From an uncultured Candidatus Poseidoniales archaeon (GTDB taxonomy: Archaea > Thermoplasmatota > Poseidoniia > Poseidoniales > Poseidoniaceae), in NCBI GenBank assembly GCA_905182125.1, contig CAJJAV010000010.1, positions 68-64,067 on the forward strand: a stretch of 64,000 nt of DNA, written 5' to 3'. Under the pieces are notes generated by a model, which was not told where the DNA came from, did no database searches, and worked only from the letters and a program-made list of their open reading frames with translations. Below, piece after piece: positions 48,530-59,321 of this stretch. The translations under genes and the position numbers were made by a program. Positions within the stretch are counted from its first letter, which is position 1. Every line of letters begins with the position of its first letter.

Positions 48530-50131
48530 TCAATCATCAATGCTCGGTCGTTGACGAACAGACATGACATCATCTTCACCAGCTGGTGGATCGACCCAAT
48601 CTTCGTCGCCTGGAAGGATTAAACCTTCACCGACACCAACAAGGCGGCTTGCCAAATTGCGTTGACGAAGGACCAATTCATCCCAATTGACTTCTTCATC
48701 ACGCCATGCTTGCCACCGCTTGAGTGAGCGGTAATTCACAACCACCTTGGCGTAGAGCCGAAGGTGGGCCTTGGCTGAAGTCGGCCACCAAAGGAAGAAA
48801 ACGCAGAACACCAGATAAAATGGAAGACGCGTTAAGTTTTCCAAGAGCCAATGCATCTGCAACAACTCATTTACCGGACTCGCATCATTGAGCAGCAACC
48901 ACGTCGCAGCCAGCGATGCAATCAGCCACCAAAGTGGGAAACAGACCATGGCAGATAGCAACTTGATCGTGCTGAGAATTGAACCATCTGCCCCTTTCGA
49001 TTTCATGCGACCGACAATCATGGCATTTGCCCGATACGGCACAAGGTTGCCAATCATGGCACCCCACGTGATCAAACCGAACATCCACACACCGGCCCAA
49101 GCCCACAAGAGGAACGATTTAGCGAAACCAGAGTAAGAAAGGCGTTCAGGACGTGAATCGACATCGAATGGAGTGATGCCTCGGTGGTCGAGCGCCTCAA
49201 AGTGGGCTTCGGCTTCTTCAACGATCGAGGTGGCGGTCTCGGGGTTGTTCTTCGCCATGTATTCCCACCCAGCACGCACGCGACGAGCACCGAGGACGGC
49301 GTGGGCGTAACTTGGTTTGTTCAATTTACCAGTGGTTTGCCGGGCCCGCTCAGCATAAGCCAAACTTCGACCCTTCCAAATCAGGGTGCGTTCGCGCCAT
49401 GTTGTCTTTGAGAGGCTTGCTCGTTGGAGTTCAGTGCTGATGTCTTCAGTTGCGACTTTGACCCATGCTCGATCTTCTTGGTCTTGGAGCACTTCATCGT
49501 CGAACTCTTCTGGGATTGGCGGGAACACCATGGCTCGTTCTATCACCACGGCTGCACGCTCCCGGAAGCGTTGAGAATTGGAATAATGCAATCCAATTGG
49601 AATCATTTGCGGTTCAGCCAATCCATCACGTTGCGCTTCCCGGCGAGCAGCAAGAAGAATTCGTGCAGCGCCTGAGCGCACACGTTTGACGTTCGAACCA
49701 GTGTGCGTAGTCCCTTCTGGGAATATCATCAATCGCCCACCTTGGGCTACAAGAGAAGAAACATCGGAAAGCATCTCTGCGTTTCGCAAGCGCGCAGCTC
49801 CCTTGTCGGCACTGTCCTGGGCCCGTTCGACGGGCACGCCGCCGCCAGCACGAAGCAAGCGGCCGATGAGTGGCATTTTGAACAAGGTGTGTTTTGCAAT
49901 CATCGAAACCCTTCCAGGCAACGAGGCGTTCAACAGCATAGGATCGACCAAACCACTCGGATGCCATGAAATGAACATCACTCCCCCTTTTGGTGGAATG
50001 TTCTCATCATCGACAATGTTGATTTCGCGGAACCAGACTGAGACAAGGGAGCGGAAAACTCGCCGGGCAATGCGATAGGCCCGATTGGCTCGAGGATGGT
50101 GCTCATCCACGGGATCTTTTAGCCATCGCAT
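48530..50131 (-). CDS. Lysophospholipid/glycerol-phosphate acyltransferase (PlsC-like) with C-terminal TM region
   Basis: WHPSGLVDP (catalytic His/Asp block), MIAKHTLF, GGVPVER, IFPEGT. Confidence 0.85.
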   Translation of the reverse strand: MRWLKDPVDEHHPRANRAYRIARRVFRSLVSVWFREINIVDDENIPPKGGVMFISWHPSGLVDPMLLNASLPGRVSMIAKHTLFKMPLIGRLLRAGGGVPVERAQDSADKGAARLRNAEMLSDVSSLVAQGGRLMIFPEGTTHTGSNVKRVRSGAARILLAARREAQRDGLAEPQMIPIGLHYSNSQRFRERAAVVIERAMVFPPIPEEFDDEVLQDQEDRAWVKVATEDISTELQRASLSKTTWRERTLIWKGRSLAYAERARQTTGKLNKPSYAHAVLGARRVRAGWEYMAKNNPETATSIVEEAEAHFEALDHRGITPFDVDSRPERLSYSGFAKSFLLWAWAGVWMFGLITWGAMIGNLVPYRANAMIVGRMKSKGADGSILSTIKLLSAMVCFPLWWLIASLAATWLLLNDASPVNELLQMHWLLENLTRLPFYLVFCVFFLWWPTSAKAHLRLYAKVVVNYRSLKRWQAWRDEEVNWDELVLRQRNLASRLVGVGEGLILPGDEDWVDPPAGEDDVMSVRQRPSIDD

Positions 50132-50202
50132 AAACAGATGAAACCATGTTTGCTTTTATCATCATCTCCGGCGAAGGAGAGAAAGAAGGCTCAAATTAAG
50201 CC

Positions 50203-52206
50203 TCAAGCACTGTCACTGTCGGCAACCAAAACATCTGAATCGATTTCGGCTTCAATTGCTTCACCTTCTGTACGAAGGGTCTTGAAGTCGACACCTGCGA
50301 GGGATCCTTCTTCTTTGTCGCTGATCACTCCAGTGAGCAACAGGACCACGAAAAAGACCACAACGAAGCCAAGCAAAGCCACGGCCAAGGTGGTCGTTGA
50401 AAGTCCACTCGAGAGTTCACCTGTCGTCACAAAAGCATTGTCGGTGTCCATCAGCATGATGTTAGCAGAAATCAGAGGCGAAGATGAGGCCCCCCCACTA
50501 CCATTGGCTTTGATCGCTCGCAATGAGATTGTATGGTTGCCCTCCACATCGATCCCCGGCAAATGCTCGAGTTGATGGATTATATCGATGGCCGCCAATG
50601 TACCAGAGGTGTCGCCTGGGGAAAAGCTGTGTATGTTCGACCAGTCATCACGCAAGTGGTTACTGCGCCATTGAATTGTGTCGACATCACCTTGAGCGGT
50701 ATAGGAAAGGGACCCATCAGGGGACATATGGAAACGGCTGTCCATACCGACACCCGTCGTCACTGTCACTTCGAGCGTTGTATCAAAATCATAATCTCGC
50801 TCAGCGGCTTCATACACTGCTTCAAGGGCCCGGACTTCACCGTGGCCGTAGACGTTGTTTTGACGGTTCTTAGGAAGGAAGTCTTCTGCACAAGGCTCGT
50901 TTGCAGCCATGTAGATGCACAATCTGTAGGTGGACGTTTCCTGCATGATGTTCTTGATATCGAATGGAGACAAGTCCGGGTTGGCTTGATACATCAACGC
51001 TGCAACTCCAGCGGCGCCGGGAGTGGCCATCGAAGTCCCGGACATAGCGGTGTACTGATCGCCGGAGTTGAAGGCGACCGACATGACGTTGCTGCCTACA
51101 TAGGCGATGTTCGGCTTGACACGGAGTTCTTCAGTAGGACCTTGACTCGAGTAGATCGCAATGGCCGAATTTTTGTCAAGAGCACCGACAGTGATAGCGT
51201 CCTCTGCGGAACCAGGTGTGCCGATTTGTGCAGAAACGCCGTTGTTACCTGCCGCGATAAAGATGGCAATACCAGCCGACATCATTTCATTGGCATATCG
51301 GTTGACGCTGTCATCTTCAGATGATGCCCACTCCGCAAGCCCTGGTCCACCAAGACTCATCGAAGCCCCACGAATGTTGAATTTGTAGCGGTTTTCAACC
51401 GTCCATTCCATCCCTGCCATCACCGTGGCAAAGGAGCCTGAGCCACCAGCATCAAGCACCTTGACGCCAACGAGGAAGGCTTGTGGTGCCATTCCAATGT
51501 GCTCATAATTTGGAGCGCCTGTTCCTGCGGTCGTACCCGCACAGTGAGAGCCGTGTCCTTGGTCATCGTAAGGGAACACTTCGGTCCCATTGGTGAGCGA
51601 TGGATTGTTGACTGGGTCGTAAAAGGCGATGACCTTCGGATCATCAGTGGAATTATCGTCATCGAGGTCATCAAGGCTGGCGTGCGCACCATCAATACCT
51701 GTATCGATGATAGCAACGGCTGAGCCTGCGCCATCGTACCCTGTATCGGCCCAGACCGTATCGACTCCGTGGAGGACTGCAGCATCACCGTTTGCAGTGG
51801 TCAATATGCCATCCAATTCCAACATAACAACACCTGGGAGGGTGGTCGCTTCGAGAATTTGGTCAACTGGCACCCTGCCTGCCAACGCATCAATTCCTTC
51901 CAAAGTCCATTGGTGCTGGAATTCGATTTCACGCTCGAGCAGAGCGACGTCCTGTGCATCAGGAGTGTGATCGAAATCAACGATCAGAGGCAATGTGCCA
52001 TCTTCATCCAAAAACAGTGGGTTGTCCTTGTGGAATTCAATCATGTCGCCGATGCCATTGCCGTCTCGATCGACGGTTGTTTCGACCCACCAGCCTTCTG
52101 AGTCATCGTTGGATGGCTCGGCAACAACTGGCACCGCCATTGCCAAAGCAGGGAAAAGAAGTAAGCTCAAACAGAGCATGGAAAGAATGGTTCGGATCTT
52201 TGACAT
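50203..52206 (-). CDS. Secreted S8 subtilisin-like serine protease with pro-domain and C-terminal TM
   Basis: IIDTGID, HGSHCAG and GTSMATP catalytic triad; signal peptide MSKIRTILSML. Confidence 0.93.
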   Translation of the reverse strand: MSKIRTILSMLCLSLLLFPALAMAVPVVAEPSNDDSEGWWVETTVDRDGNGIGDMIEFHKDNPLFLDEDGTLPLIVDFDHTPDAQDVALLEREIEFQHQWTLEGIDALAGRVPVDQILEATTLPGVVMLELDGILTTANGDAAVLHGVDTVWADTGYDGAGSAVAIIDTGIDGAHASLDDLDDDNSTDDPKVIAFYDPVNNPSLTNGTEVFPYDDQGHGSHCAGTTAGTGAPNYEHIGMAPQAFLVGVKVLDAGGSGSFATVMAGMEWTVENRYKFNIRGASMSLGGPGLAEWASSEDDSVNRYANEMMSAGIAIFIAAGNNGVSAQIGTPGSAEDAITVGALDKNSAIAIYSSQGPTEELRVKPNIAYVGSNVMSVAFNSGDQYTAMSGTSMATPGAAGVAALMYQANPDLSPFDIKNIMQETSTYRLCIYMAANEPCAEDFLPKNRQNNVYGHGEVRALEAVYEAAERDYDFDTTLEVTVTTGVGMDSRFHMSPDGSLSYTAQGDVDTIQWRSNHLRDDWSNIHSFSPGDTSGTLAAIDIIHQLEHLPGIDVEGNHTISLRAIKANGSGGASSSPLISANIMLMDTDNAFVTTGELSSGLSTTTLAVALLGFVVVFFVVLLLTGVISDKEEGSLAGVDFKTLRTEGEAIEAEIDSDVLVADSDSA

Positions 52207-52370
52207 AATGACGCCTCGCAGATAAACCAACGAGCCCGGGTTTTTCAACCCATTGAGGAAATGACTGCGCTCCTCAAGACGAAAATGGAGGGTCGCAAAC
52301 AAAAGGGCGTTCAATTGCCAAGTAAACGGGTGAATCTTTTTATGGAAAATAAAAAGGTCATCTGAGTTGT

Positions 52371-55300
52371 ATGGCAGCACCACGTAGAAACACACCCGTC
52401 GCCCAAGTACCGCATCAAGGCACAGCCCCTGCCCTTGGGACTTCACTGCTTGCGAAAGGACGTCAATCAGCGCCTCCGATGATAGTCCGGGCCCCTGGGG
52501 TGGACATCGATGACGCTGAACGGTCCCTCGTGCGGTTTTCACAAATCATCATGCTTGGCATTGCTATCTGTGGAATTTGGTTCAGTATCTACAACATCGC
52601 TTTCAGCAGTGAAGGCACGTCCAACGCCGACTTCGCCGTTCTCTTCTTTGGAGGAATGCTTTCAGCCGGCTTCGCTATTGGTTGGATTGAAGCCCAGAGC
52701 AGAGAGAACGACCATCAACTTCGTGACGTTCAAGATTACATGCTCGGAATTGGTTTCTTCTTCGCTACTGTCGGCACGGTGTGGGGCGCTCGCTTCATCA
52801 TTGGCTTGTTTGAATCTGGAGCATGGTTTGGCCAGAACACTGCGGATGATGGATGGTACCCAAATGGAAACGGAATTTACGTTCAAACTGCTGCAATCCT
52901 CCTCCTCATGATGGGGCAATACAAACTGCTGCAACGCTACAAAGGTCAAACGACCTTCGGCTGGGCAGTTGCCTCTTATGCCCCAATGATTGTGTTGTTG
53001 GGTGCTGGAATGAACATCTGGCTCAAATGGTCCGGAGACGTTGTCAGCTATGAAATCGGGATTTCCCTCATTGTGTTGAGCATCGCTGCAATGGAGATGG
53101 CATTGCGTTCAAACAACTCGATCAACCTCACTGTAATTGTGATTGCTTCAAGCATAGCGCCAATCCTGTTTGAGATTGCGCATGATGTCACTTTTGAACA
53201 AAGCGGTGGTGCATTATCCCTCCTGCTTTACATCATTGCCATCCAAGGATATTATGCTTCGAAGAAAGAATTGAGAACGGATATCATTCAACGGGCCTCC
53301 TTGGTGCTCATTGGCGTCATTATCCTAGCGATGCTCTATGCCCGCGGTGATAATCTGAACCTGATCATAGGGCCGCTTACGACTGAAGCATTGGGTGGGT
53401 TCAGCACCTATCTTTCGCTCACCGTCGCCCTCTGGTTAGCCGTTCTTGGTTTCTACTTCCCTGCTATGCTCGATCAGCGATTGCCTTGGATTCCCGTTGG
53501 TTTAGCATTCGCTCTCATGATTATCCCTACCGATCAAAGCACCGTTCCTTGGTTGGTTACCATTGCGATCCTCCCCTACATGCTGCTTATCTCAACCGCA
53601 ACCCGACGCTGGGTTGCAAACGCCACGTTGGGTATGGCTGCTTTATCATTCATCGTTGTTGACCTCATGGCTCGACTCCAAGACATTGAACAGGTTGACG
53701 CCTATGGGGTGCCTGGTTTGCATTTGCTCATTCCCGTTGCTTTGATTGCGGTATCTGAACTTGCTCAACGAGCTGAAAAAGTTGATGTTCAAATTCACAT
53801 GTTCGTCATTGGCTGTATTACACTTTCCCGCGCAGTACTGTTCGCAGATGAATGGTATATGCCTTGGTTCTTTGTTGTCTATTTGCTCTACCTTGCTAAA
53901 AGAGGGTTTGATGCTATCGATGAAAACGCATTGCTTCAGGCCCGATGGAAGGCAACCATGAGTGCTTTAATCGCCAACGCTGTCATCATTGCATTGATGG
54001 TCGTAGGTTCCCTAAAGGTGCCAGATCAATTTATGTTTGGTGGATACAGCCTCCATGTCTTTTTCCTTGGAGGAATAACCTACCTCCTCTTGCGTTCCGG
54101 TCGAAGGAAAGAATTCGATTTGGGTATGATTGTCAACTGGATCGGCAGCCAGGTCAGTGGCGCCCCGCAGTATGACTCATTGACAAACACCTGGATCAAA
54201 TCCGCTCCCAAAGAGAGCGATGACAACCAATGGATCAAAACCAATTCATGGAGCCCACTCGCCCGAAGTTCACTTGTGATTCCATTTATCATGATGACGG
54301 CTGGTATCTTCATGACCATGGGGAATGCAGAAACCGAGGAAATGAGAAATTTCATCAAAACCCCGATTGGCATCCTCCTGTTAGCCTTCCCAATTTCTGG
54401 ATTAGTTTTGGAAATCCTTGAGTTGGAAAGCATCAGTTCCAAGGCCAGGTCAAGCGCTGTCTGGATCCTCTTTGGAATTGGTGTGGGCCCTTCGTTGACC
54501 ATCAATGGTATTCGAGACGAAATGAGAAGCATGGATGAATATGCAGGAATGTATATCCTTCCTGCTGCCATTCTTCTCGACCTCATCCTCGTAGCAGCAC
54601 CCTTAATCGTCGCTTGGGCGATTGGCCGGCGTGGTCTTGACAAAGATGGGATTTCAATCAATGCGGACTTGGCAGCCATGATGGGGCTGATTGCCTTGGC
54701 TTGCCTTGACACATCTGGTGGATTGTTGCTGATTCCGATGCTGATGCTCGTTACCTACCAGTCCGTACGTTATCGCCACAGCTTGGCTTTGATGTTTGCA
54801 CCGCTCGCCCTGATCGTAACGCAAAATCAATGGTTGGACTACCAAGGACTTGGATGGAAAATAGTTGATTTGCTTCCATATTCCATCCAAGAGACCTCAT
54901 GGGTGTTTGGTTTATCGCAACTGAGTGGAGCACTCATCGTCCTTCAGATGACGTACATCCTGTATTCTCAATTCTCAGAATATCAAGACAAGCAGAAGCG
55001 GGAATTACCTTGGCTCGGAGCCTGGGTTTGGATGGCAATTGGACTCATTGCCATGTTCCCTGAGCTGGACTGGTTCCAATGGATGCCACTTCTTTTCACC
55101 TCTGGTTTGATGGTGAATGCTTGGATGAGGGGGCAGGTGCAATACCTACCGCTCCTCGGAGCAGCAGAATTTATTTCTTTGATCATCGCGTTGAGTAGTC
55201 AGTCTTGGAACTTGAGCGATTACGACGTGTTCTCTTATGCCTCACTGATCACGGGGGCGACTGCACTTGTGTACTCAGCCCTTCATGAAAATGGAGTCCT

Positions 55301-56414
55301 GTATCGGAACATGGAAAAGGTCATCACCATGACTCATTCGAACATAAAATTGCCAGAAACAGAAGAAGAAAGGCAAGAGTTGAATCAGCAGTTTCAGATT
55401 ATAGGTTACATTGGTTTGACTTTCTCCTTTACCGTTTTGTGGGGTGTTGGAACAATGATTGGTGCACTACTGATCACGCGGAAAGTGGCTTTGAAAGGTC
55501 AATTCAACATGCTTCTTTTCGCCCCATTGGCTCATAGCCTAGCGCTCTATAATTTCTTGATGCAGACCGAGGCGCTGAGCGGTACACTCAGTCTTTCCTT
55601 GATTGGAGGGCTTCTGATTGCTGAGGGATTAGCGTTTGTTGTAGCCTCGATTAAGAACGATGCAATTTATGATCAACCAATCTTTGATTGGCCAAGTGAT
55701 GAAACGTTCTTTGAATTCATGGATCGTCTTGGAATCATGGGTGTGGGTACGACCATTGCTGGTATTTTCTTCCTCCTCAACAGCAGTGATTGGAACACCT
55801 TGGCTTTTGGGCTGACAACCTTGGTCCTAATTGGCGTTGGAATTCAAGGATACAGTCCTGAATTTGAAGCAAGATGGCGTCGACTGTTCGGTGGCTATGG
55901 ATCGATTGTAACGACGTTCATCACCGCATCCACGCTTGAGAATGATTTGATGCAGAATATTGGCTACATGCTTGGAGCCATCGTCACCATGGGCTGGATT
56001 TTCATGAGCAGCAGCCGCCTTGGAGACACAAACGAACTTTACATCCCTGACCCGAATGCAGTGCAGCCCGTTGAAACAATCCAACAACCAACAGTGTCAG
56101 CAATCGTCGAAGTGGTTCAGGAGCCGGTTGTTGATGAACAAGAAGCACCCGTTGACGAGAAACCGAAGGATGACTCATTGCTACCAAGAGAACAAGCTGA
56201 ATTGCCTGACCTGGTCGTTCCGTTCGCAATCCCACCACCCGTACTTGCTGTGAAAGAACGTGTCCAAACACGTCACGGGTTTGAAATCGAGTTGCCCGAT
56301 GGAATGTTTGAGAACATCATCACTTCGATGGATATGACGCCTCATGAAGGATTCAAACCTGTGGTCTCCTTTGGACCGAGGGGCGAGATCATGCTGAACT
56401 TCGTAGCTGTTTGA
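52371..56414 (+). CDS. Very large polytopic membrane protein of unknown function
   Basis: 1347 aa, nearly continuous hydrophobic segments, acidic linker and small soluble C-terminal domain; start may be 52479. Confidence 0.8.
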   Translation: MAAPRRNTPVAQVPHQGTAPALGTSLLAKGRQSAPPMIVRAPGVDIDDAERSLVRFSQIIMLGIAICGIWFSIYNIAFSSEGTSNADFAVLFFGGMLSAGFAIGWIEAQSRENDHQLRDVQDYMLGIGFFFATVGTVWGARFIIGLFESGAWFGQNTADDGWYPNGNGIYVQTAAILLLMMGQYKLLQRYKGQTTFGWAVASYAPMIVLLGAGMNIWLKWSGDVVSYEIGISLIVLSIAAMEMALRSNNSINLTVIVIASSIAPILFEIAHDVTFEQSGGALSLLLYIIAIQGYYASKKELRTDIIQRASLVLIGVIILAMLYARGDNLNLIIGPLTTEALGGFSTYLSLTVALWLAVLGFYFPAMLDQRLPWIPVGLAFALMIIPTDQSTVPWLVTIAILPYMLLISTATRRWVANATLGMAALSFIVVDLMARLQDIEQVDAYGVPGLHLLIPVALIAVSELAQRAEKVDVQIHMFVIGCITLSRAVLFADEWYMPWFFVVYLLYLAKRGFDAIDENALLQARWKATMSALIANAVIIALMVVGSLKVPDQFMFGGYSLHVFFLGGITYLLLRSGRRKEFDLGMIVNWIGSQVSGAPQYDSLTNTWIKSAPKESDDNQWIKTNSWSPLARSSLVIPFIMMTAGIFMTMGNAETEEMRNFIKTPIGILLLAFPISGLVLEILELESISSKARSSAVWILFGIGVGPSLTINGIRDEMRSMDEYAGMYILPAAILLDLILVAAPLIVAWAIGRRGLDKDGISINADLAAMMGLIALACLDTSGGLLLIPMLMLVTYQSVRYRHSLALMFAPLALIVTQNQWLDYQGLGWKIVDLLPYSIQETSWVFGLSQLSGALIVLQMTYILYSQFSEYQDKQKRELPWLGAWVWMAIGLIAMFPELDWFQWMPLLFTSGLMVNAWMRGQVQYLPLLGAAEFISLIIALSSQSWNLSDYDVFSYASLITGATALVYSALHENGVLYRNMEKVITMTHSNIKLPETEEERQELNQQFQIIGYIGLTFSFTVLWGVGTMIGALLITRKVALKGQFNMLLFAPLAHSLALYNFLMQTEALSGTLSLSLIGGLLIAEGLAFVVASIKNDAIYDQPIFDWPSDETFFEFMDRLGIMGVGTTIAGIFFLLNSSDWNTLAFGLTTLVLIGVGIQGYSPEFEARWRRLFGGYGSIVTTFITASTLENDLMQNIGYMLGAIVTMGWIFMSSSRLGDTNELYIPDPNAVQPVETIQQPTVSAIVEVVQEPVVDEQEAPVDEKPKDDSLLPREQAELPDLVVPFAIPPPVLAVKERVQTRHGFEIELPDGMFENIITSMDMTPHEGFKPVVSFGPRGEIMLNFVAV

Positions 56415-57782
56415 TCAGTCACGTGTTCGTGCGCCTTCAGCACCGGTCACCTGCTGAACAGATGGGGCTGATGGGAAGGCATCCCAGTAGGCCTCTCGCG
56501 CTTGTTGGTTGATGTCCATGCAGAGGACAACGTCCGATGCTCGGTCAGGAAGTGTTTCTGTGCCGTTGAGGTGCTTGATAATCGGCTGAATATTGGACAA
56601 GTTGACCAACCCCCAGCCCGTTTGTGTGCACGGAGCCACAGGTGAGATGGGCATCGTTCCCGAGGTTGGATCCCAGTCGAGGTCAGGGTACCATGCAGAG
56701 AGGTTGAGAGCCTCACGGACTTGAGCATTCGTGACTGTGAACGGATTACCATCTGTGTCCGTACCGTTGACAAGGTGTTTGGAACGAGATTCAGGTGAGG
56801 CTCCTGATGAGGGGTCCTCGAATTCATCACGCAAGGATTCCAAGACAAAGGAGAGGATGCCAGCGGTTCGTGGCGTCGCAAAAGAGGTCCCTGATGTCTC
56901 GTGGTAGCCATCGATGTCATCGTGGTTCGGCAGGACCTGAGTCCAATCGGCTGAAATGTCAGGATACGACCCTGACATGATTTCTTTTTGGTCATCGCCT
57001 TCTTCTGCATAACCTGCGATGCCGATCGACCATGGAGGTCCTGCTGTAGCATCTTGAACGGCTGGAGATGGGCTGTTATCTGCTGCACCTGTGTGGATTT
57101 TACCATAGGTGACCACGGCCGATTCTGTTGCTCGTTCTATGCCCGGGACTGGAACTGAACCCGGCGCACCAAACGAAGTCGTGATCACATCCACAAGCGG
57201 TTGGTCGGCGGCTGATTGCACCGCTTCGCTGGAAAAACCTTCGACAAAGAAAATCACCGCCATTGGATTGGCGTCAAGAACGGCGCCAGTGACCGCTGAG
57301 CCATGCCCGTCAGAGGGATCATCTAAGATCAGAATATCACTGTCACCATCGGGTGAACTTCCGATGATTTTGGTTCCGGGGAAATAGACAATATCGCTGG
57401 CAGTGAGGTTGTCCCAACAGGATGCTTTGTCTGCATCATAGCGTTCTTGCCAGGTGCCTTCAAAAGTCAATTCGCACGTTTTGGTGACACCTAACTCGTC
57501 TTGCAACCATTGAGGATAGGTTTCATTGGTGCGGAAATGGTCGTGGTAGACATTGATGCCCGTATCGATTGGAGCAACGACTGAAAAGGGGCGCCATCCG
57601 TCATCTTCAGAGGCAACGGACTGAACCATGTTTGCTTCTGGGGCGTCATTGAAAATCGACAAGACTGTTACGAAGGAGACCACCAAAAGCGTGGAAAGGA
57701 GGAGGGCAAGCAATTGTCGAGAAGTCATGCTGCTTGGCGACAACTCAAGTGTCACCTGTGAAGCATCATCAGCATCGGCCAT
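56415..57782 (-). CDS. S8-family serine protease
   Basis: PIDTGIN, DGHGSAVTG, SGTSFATP; N-terminal TM/signal; GGAGG RBS. Confidence 0.85.
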   Translation of the reverse strand: MADADDASQVTLELSPSSMTSRQLLALLLSTLLVVSFVTVLSIFNDAPEANMVQSVASEDDGWRPFSVVAPIDTGINVYHDHFRTNETYPQWLQDELGVTKTCELTFEGTWQERYDADKASCWDNLTASDIVYFPGTKIIGSSPDGDSDILILDDPSDGHGSAVTGAVLDANPMAVIFFVEGFSSEAVQSAADQPLVDVITTSFGAPGSVPVPGIERATESAVVTYGKIHTGAADNSPSPAVQDATAGPPWSIGIAGYAEEGDDQKEIMSGSYPDISADWTQVLPNHDDIDGYHETSGTSFATPRTAGILSFVLESLRDEFEDPSSGASPESRSKHLVNGTDTDGNPFTVTNAQVREALNLSAWYPDLDWDPTSGTMPISPVAPCTQTGWGLVNLSNIQPIIKHLNGTETLPDRASDVVLCMDINQQAREAYWDAFPSAPSVQQVTGAEGARTRD

Positions 57783-57853
57783 GTGTATACCTCCACCGCA
57801 ATGGCTCAAGAACCCTGCGCCCTATTGAAGAACTACCGATATCTGGCCAAATC

Positions 57854-58396
57854 ATGAGCGAAGCGGCCGACCGTTTGGTCTGGATTGACCTTGAGATGAC
57901 TGGATTAGATGTGACCAAGGAATCCATTATTGAAATAGCAACTGTGATCACTGATGGAGAACTCAATGTGCTGGCTCAAGGGCCAAACTTGGCTATCAGC
58001 GTCGATGAGTCATTGCTTGCAGGCATGGACGAATGGAACACCACCCATCACACATCCAGCGGTTTAGTGGAGCGGGTGAAACATCAAAGTGTCTCTCTTG
58101 AAGAAGCGGAACGACAAACCTTGGAATTCCTATGCGAATGGGTCCCTGAGGGCACGGCCCCGTTGTGTGGAAACAGCGTTTGGAATGATAAAAAATTCAT
58201 GGAAAAGGAGATGCCTAGCCTCGTTGCCCACCTTCATTACCGAATGATTGATGTTTCAACGGTCAAAGAATTGGCACGCAGATGGTACCCTGGAATCAGT
58301 CGCTATGAAAAGAAAGGGGCGCATCTTGCCCTCGATGATATCCTTGAGTCAATCGAAGAACTGCGCTACTTCCGAACACGAGTGTTCAAGAAATAA
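57854..58396 (+). CDS. orn: Oligoribonuclease (DEDDh, Orn/REXO2 family)
   Basis: LVWIDLEMTGL, MDEWNTTHH.SSGL, PLCGNSV, HYRMIDVSTVKELARRW, HLALDDILESIEELRYFR. Confidence 0.95.
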   Translation: MSEAADRLVWIDLEMTGLDVTKESIIEIATVITDGELNVLAQGPNLAISVDESLLAGMDEWNTTHHTSSGLVERVKHQSVSLEEAERQTLEFLCEWVPEGTAPLCGNSVWNDKKFMEKEMPSLVAHLHYRMIDVSTVKELARRWYPGISRYEKKGAHLALDDILESIEELRYFRTRVFKK

Positions 58397-58401
58397 ACGG
58401 C

Positions 58402-59316
58402 TCATTGACGCCACGTTGGCTCAGAGGGATCGACGCCTTTGTGCCTCGACATGATTTGAGCGACCACAGCGACTGCGATTTCTTCTGGTGATTCAGCCCC
58501 GATGTGAACACCAATTGGGCAAATCACTTGATTGAGCATGCTTTGTACGATCCCTTGTTCGAGCGCCGCTTTTTCAAAGGCCTGCCACTTCGACCTGCTT
58601 CCAATCACCCCGATCCTTGGTCCATTTTGACCGTCGAGGGCTGCTTCATCATGTTGTAATGTAGCCAAAATACCCAAGAGACGCTCCTGATCTTCAGACC
58701 AATCATGGCCGAGCAAAAGCACATCAGAGTAACGGTTGAGGGTGACAGCATCATGGTGTTTGACAAAGGTCGGTGCGTCCATATGAAGATGGTTTTTGGC
58801 GTTCGAAAAGAGGGTGACGTCACAAAATTCGGCTCGTGTGTCATGAACTGAATGATCCCAGCCAACCGCATCCAAGGCAGGAGCGATCGCTTGAGCACAG
58901 TGGCCACCGCCAATCAACAAAACATGTGGCATCGGAACAAGGACCTCCAGACTGAGGGTCACTCGACCCCCACAAAGCGAATCTAGAGGTGTTACTTCAT
59001 AGCCCTTCGCACCTTTATTCAACCCAAACTTCACCACTTCACCAGATGGACGATAATGTTCATCCAAGAGGGTGTTGCTTCGCTTCAAAACCATCATCTC
59101 AAGGCCTGCTCCACCGACGGTACCCGTCCATTTCCGGTCTTTGGAACGCATTGCCAGGCGGGCTCCAACCTTTCCAGGAACACTGCCTGATGTCTGAACG
59201 ACGCTTGCTAAGACAACCCTGTGACCTTGTTCAAGCTGGGTCAAAACCCAAGCGAGCACAGCCACAGTCATATCTGCCGCTTGAAGCGCTCCCACATACC
59301 CTTTGCCCCAAACCAT
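58402..59316 (-). CDS. xdhC: XdhC/CoxI-family molybdoenzyme maturation factor
   Basis: GSVPGKVGARL, GTVGGAGLE, SLCGG, IGGGHCAQA, IGVIGSRSK, CPIGVHIGAESPEEIAVAVVAQI. Confidence 0.92.
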   Translation of the reverse strand: MVWGKGYVGALQAADMTVAVLAWVLTQLEQGHRVVLASVVQTSGSVPGKVGARLAMRSKDRKWTGTVGGAGLEMMVLKRSNTLLDEHYRPSGEVVKFGLNKGAKGYEVTPLDSLCGGRVTLSLEVLVPMPHVLLIGGGHCAQAIAPALDAVGWDHSVHDTRAEFCDVTLFSNAKNHLHMDAPTFVKHHDAVTLNRYSDVLLLGHDWSEDQERLLGILATLQHDEAALDGQNGPRIGVIGSRSKWQAFEKAALEQGIVQSMLNQVICPIGVHIGAESPEEIAVAVVAQIMSRHKGVDPSEPTWRQ

Positions 59317-59321
59317 GGTGC

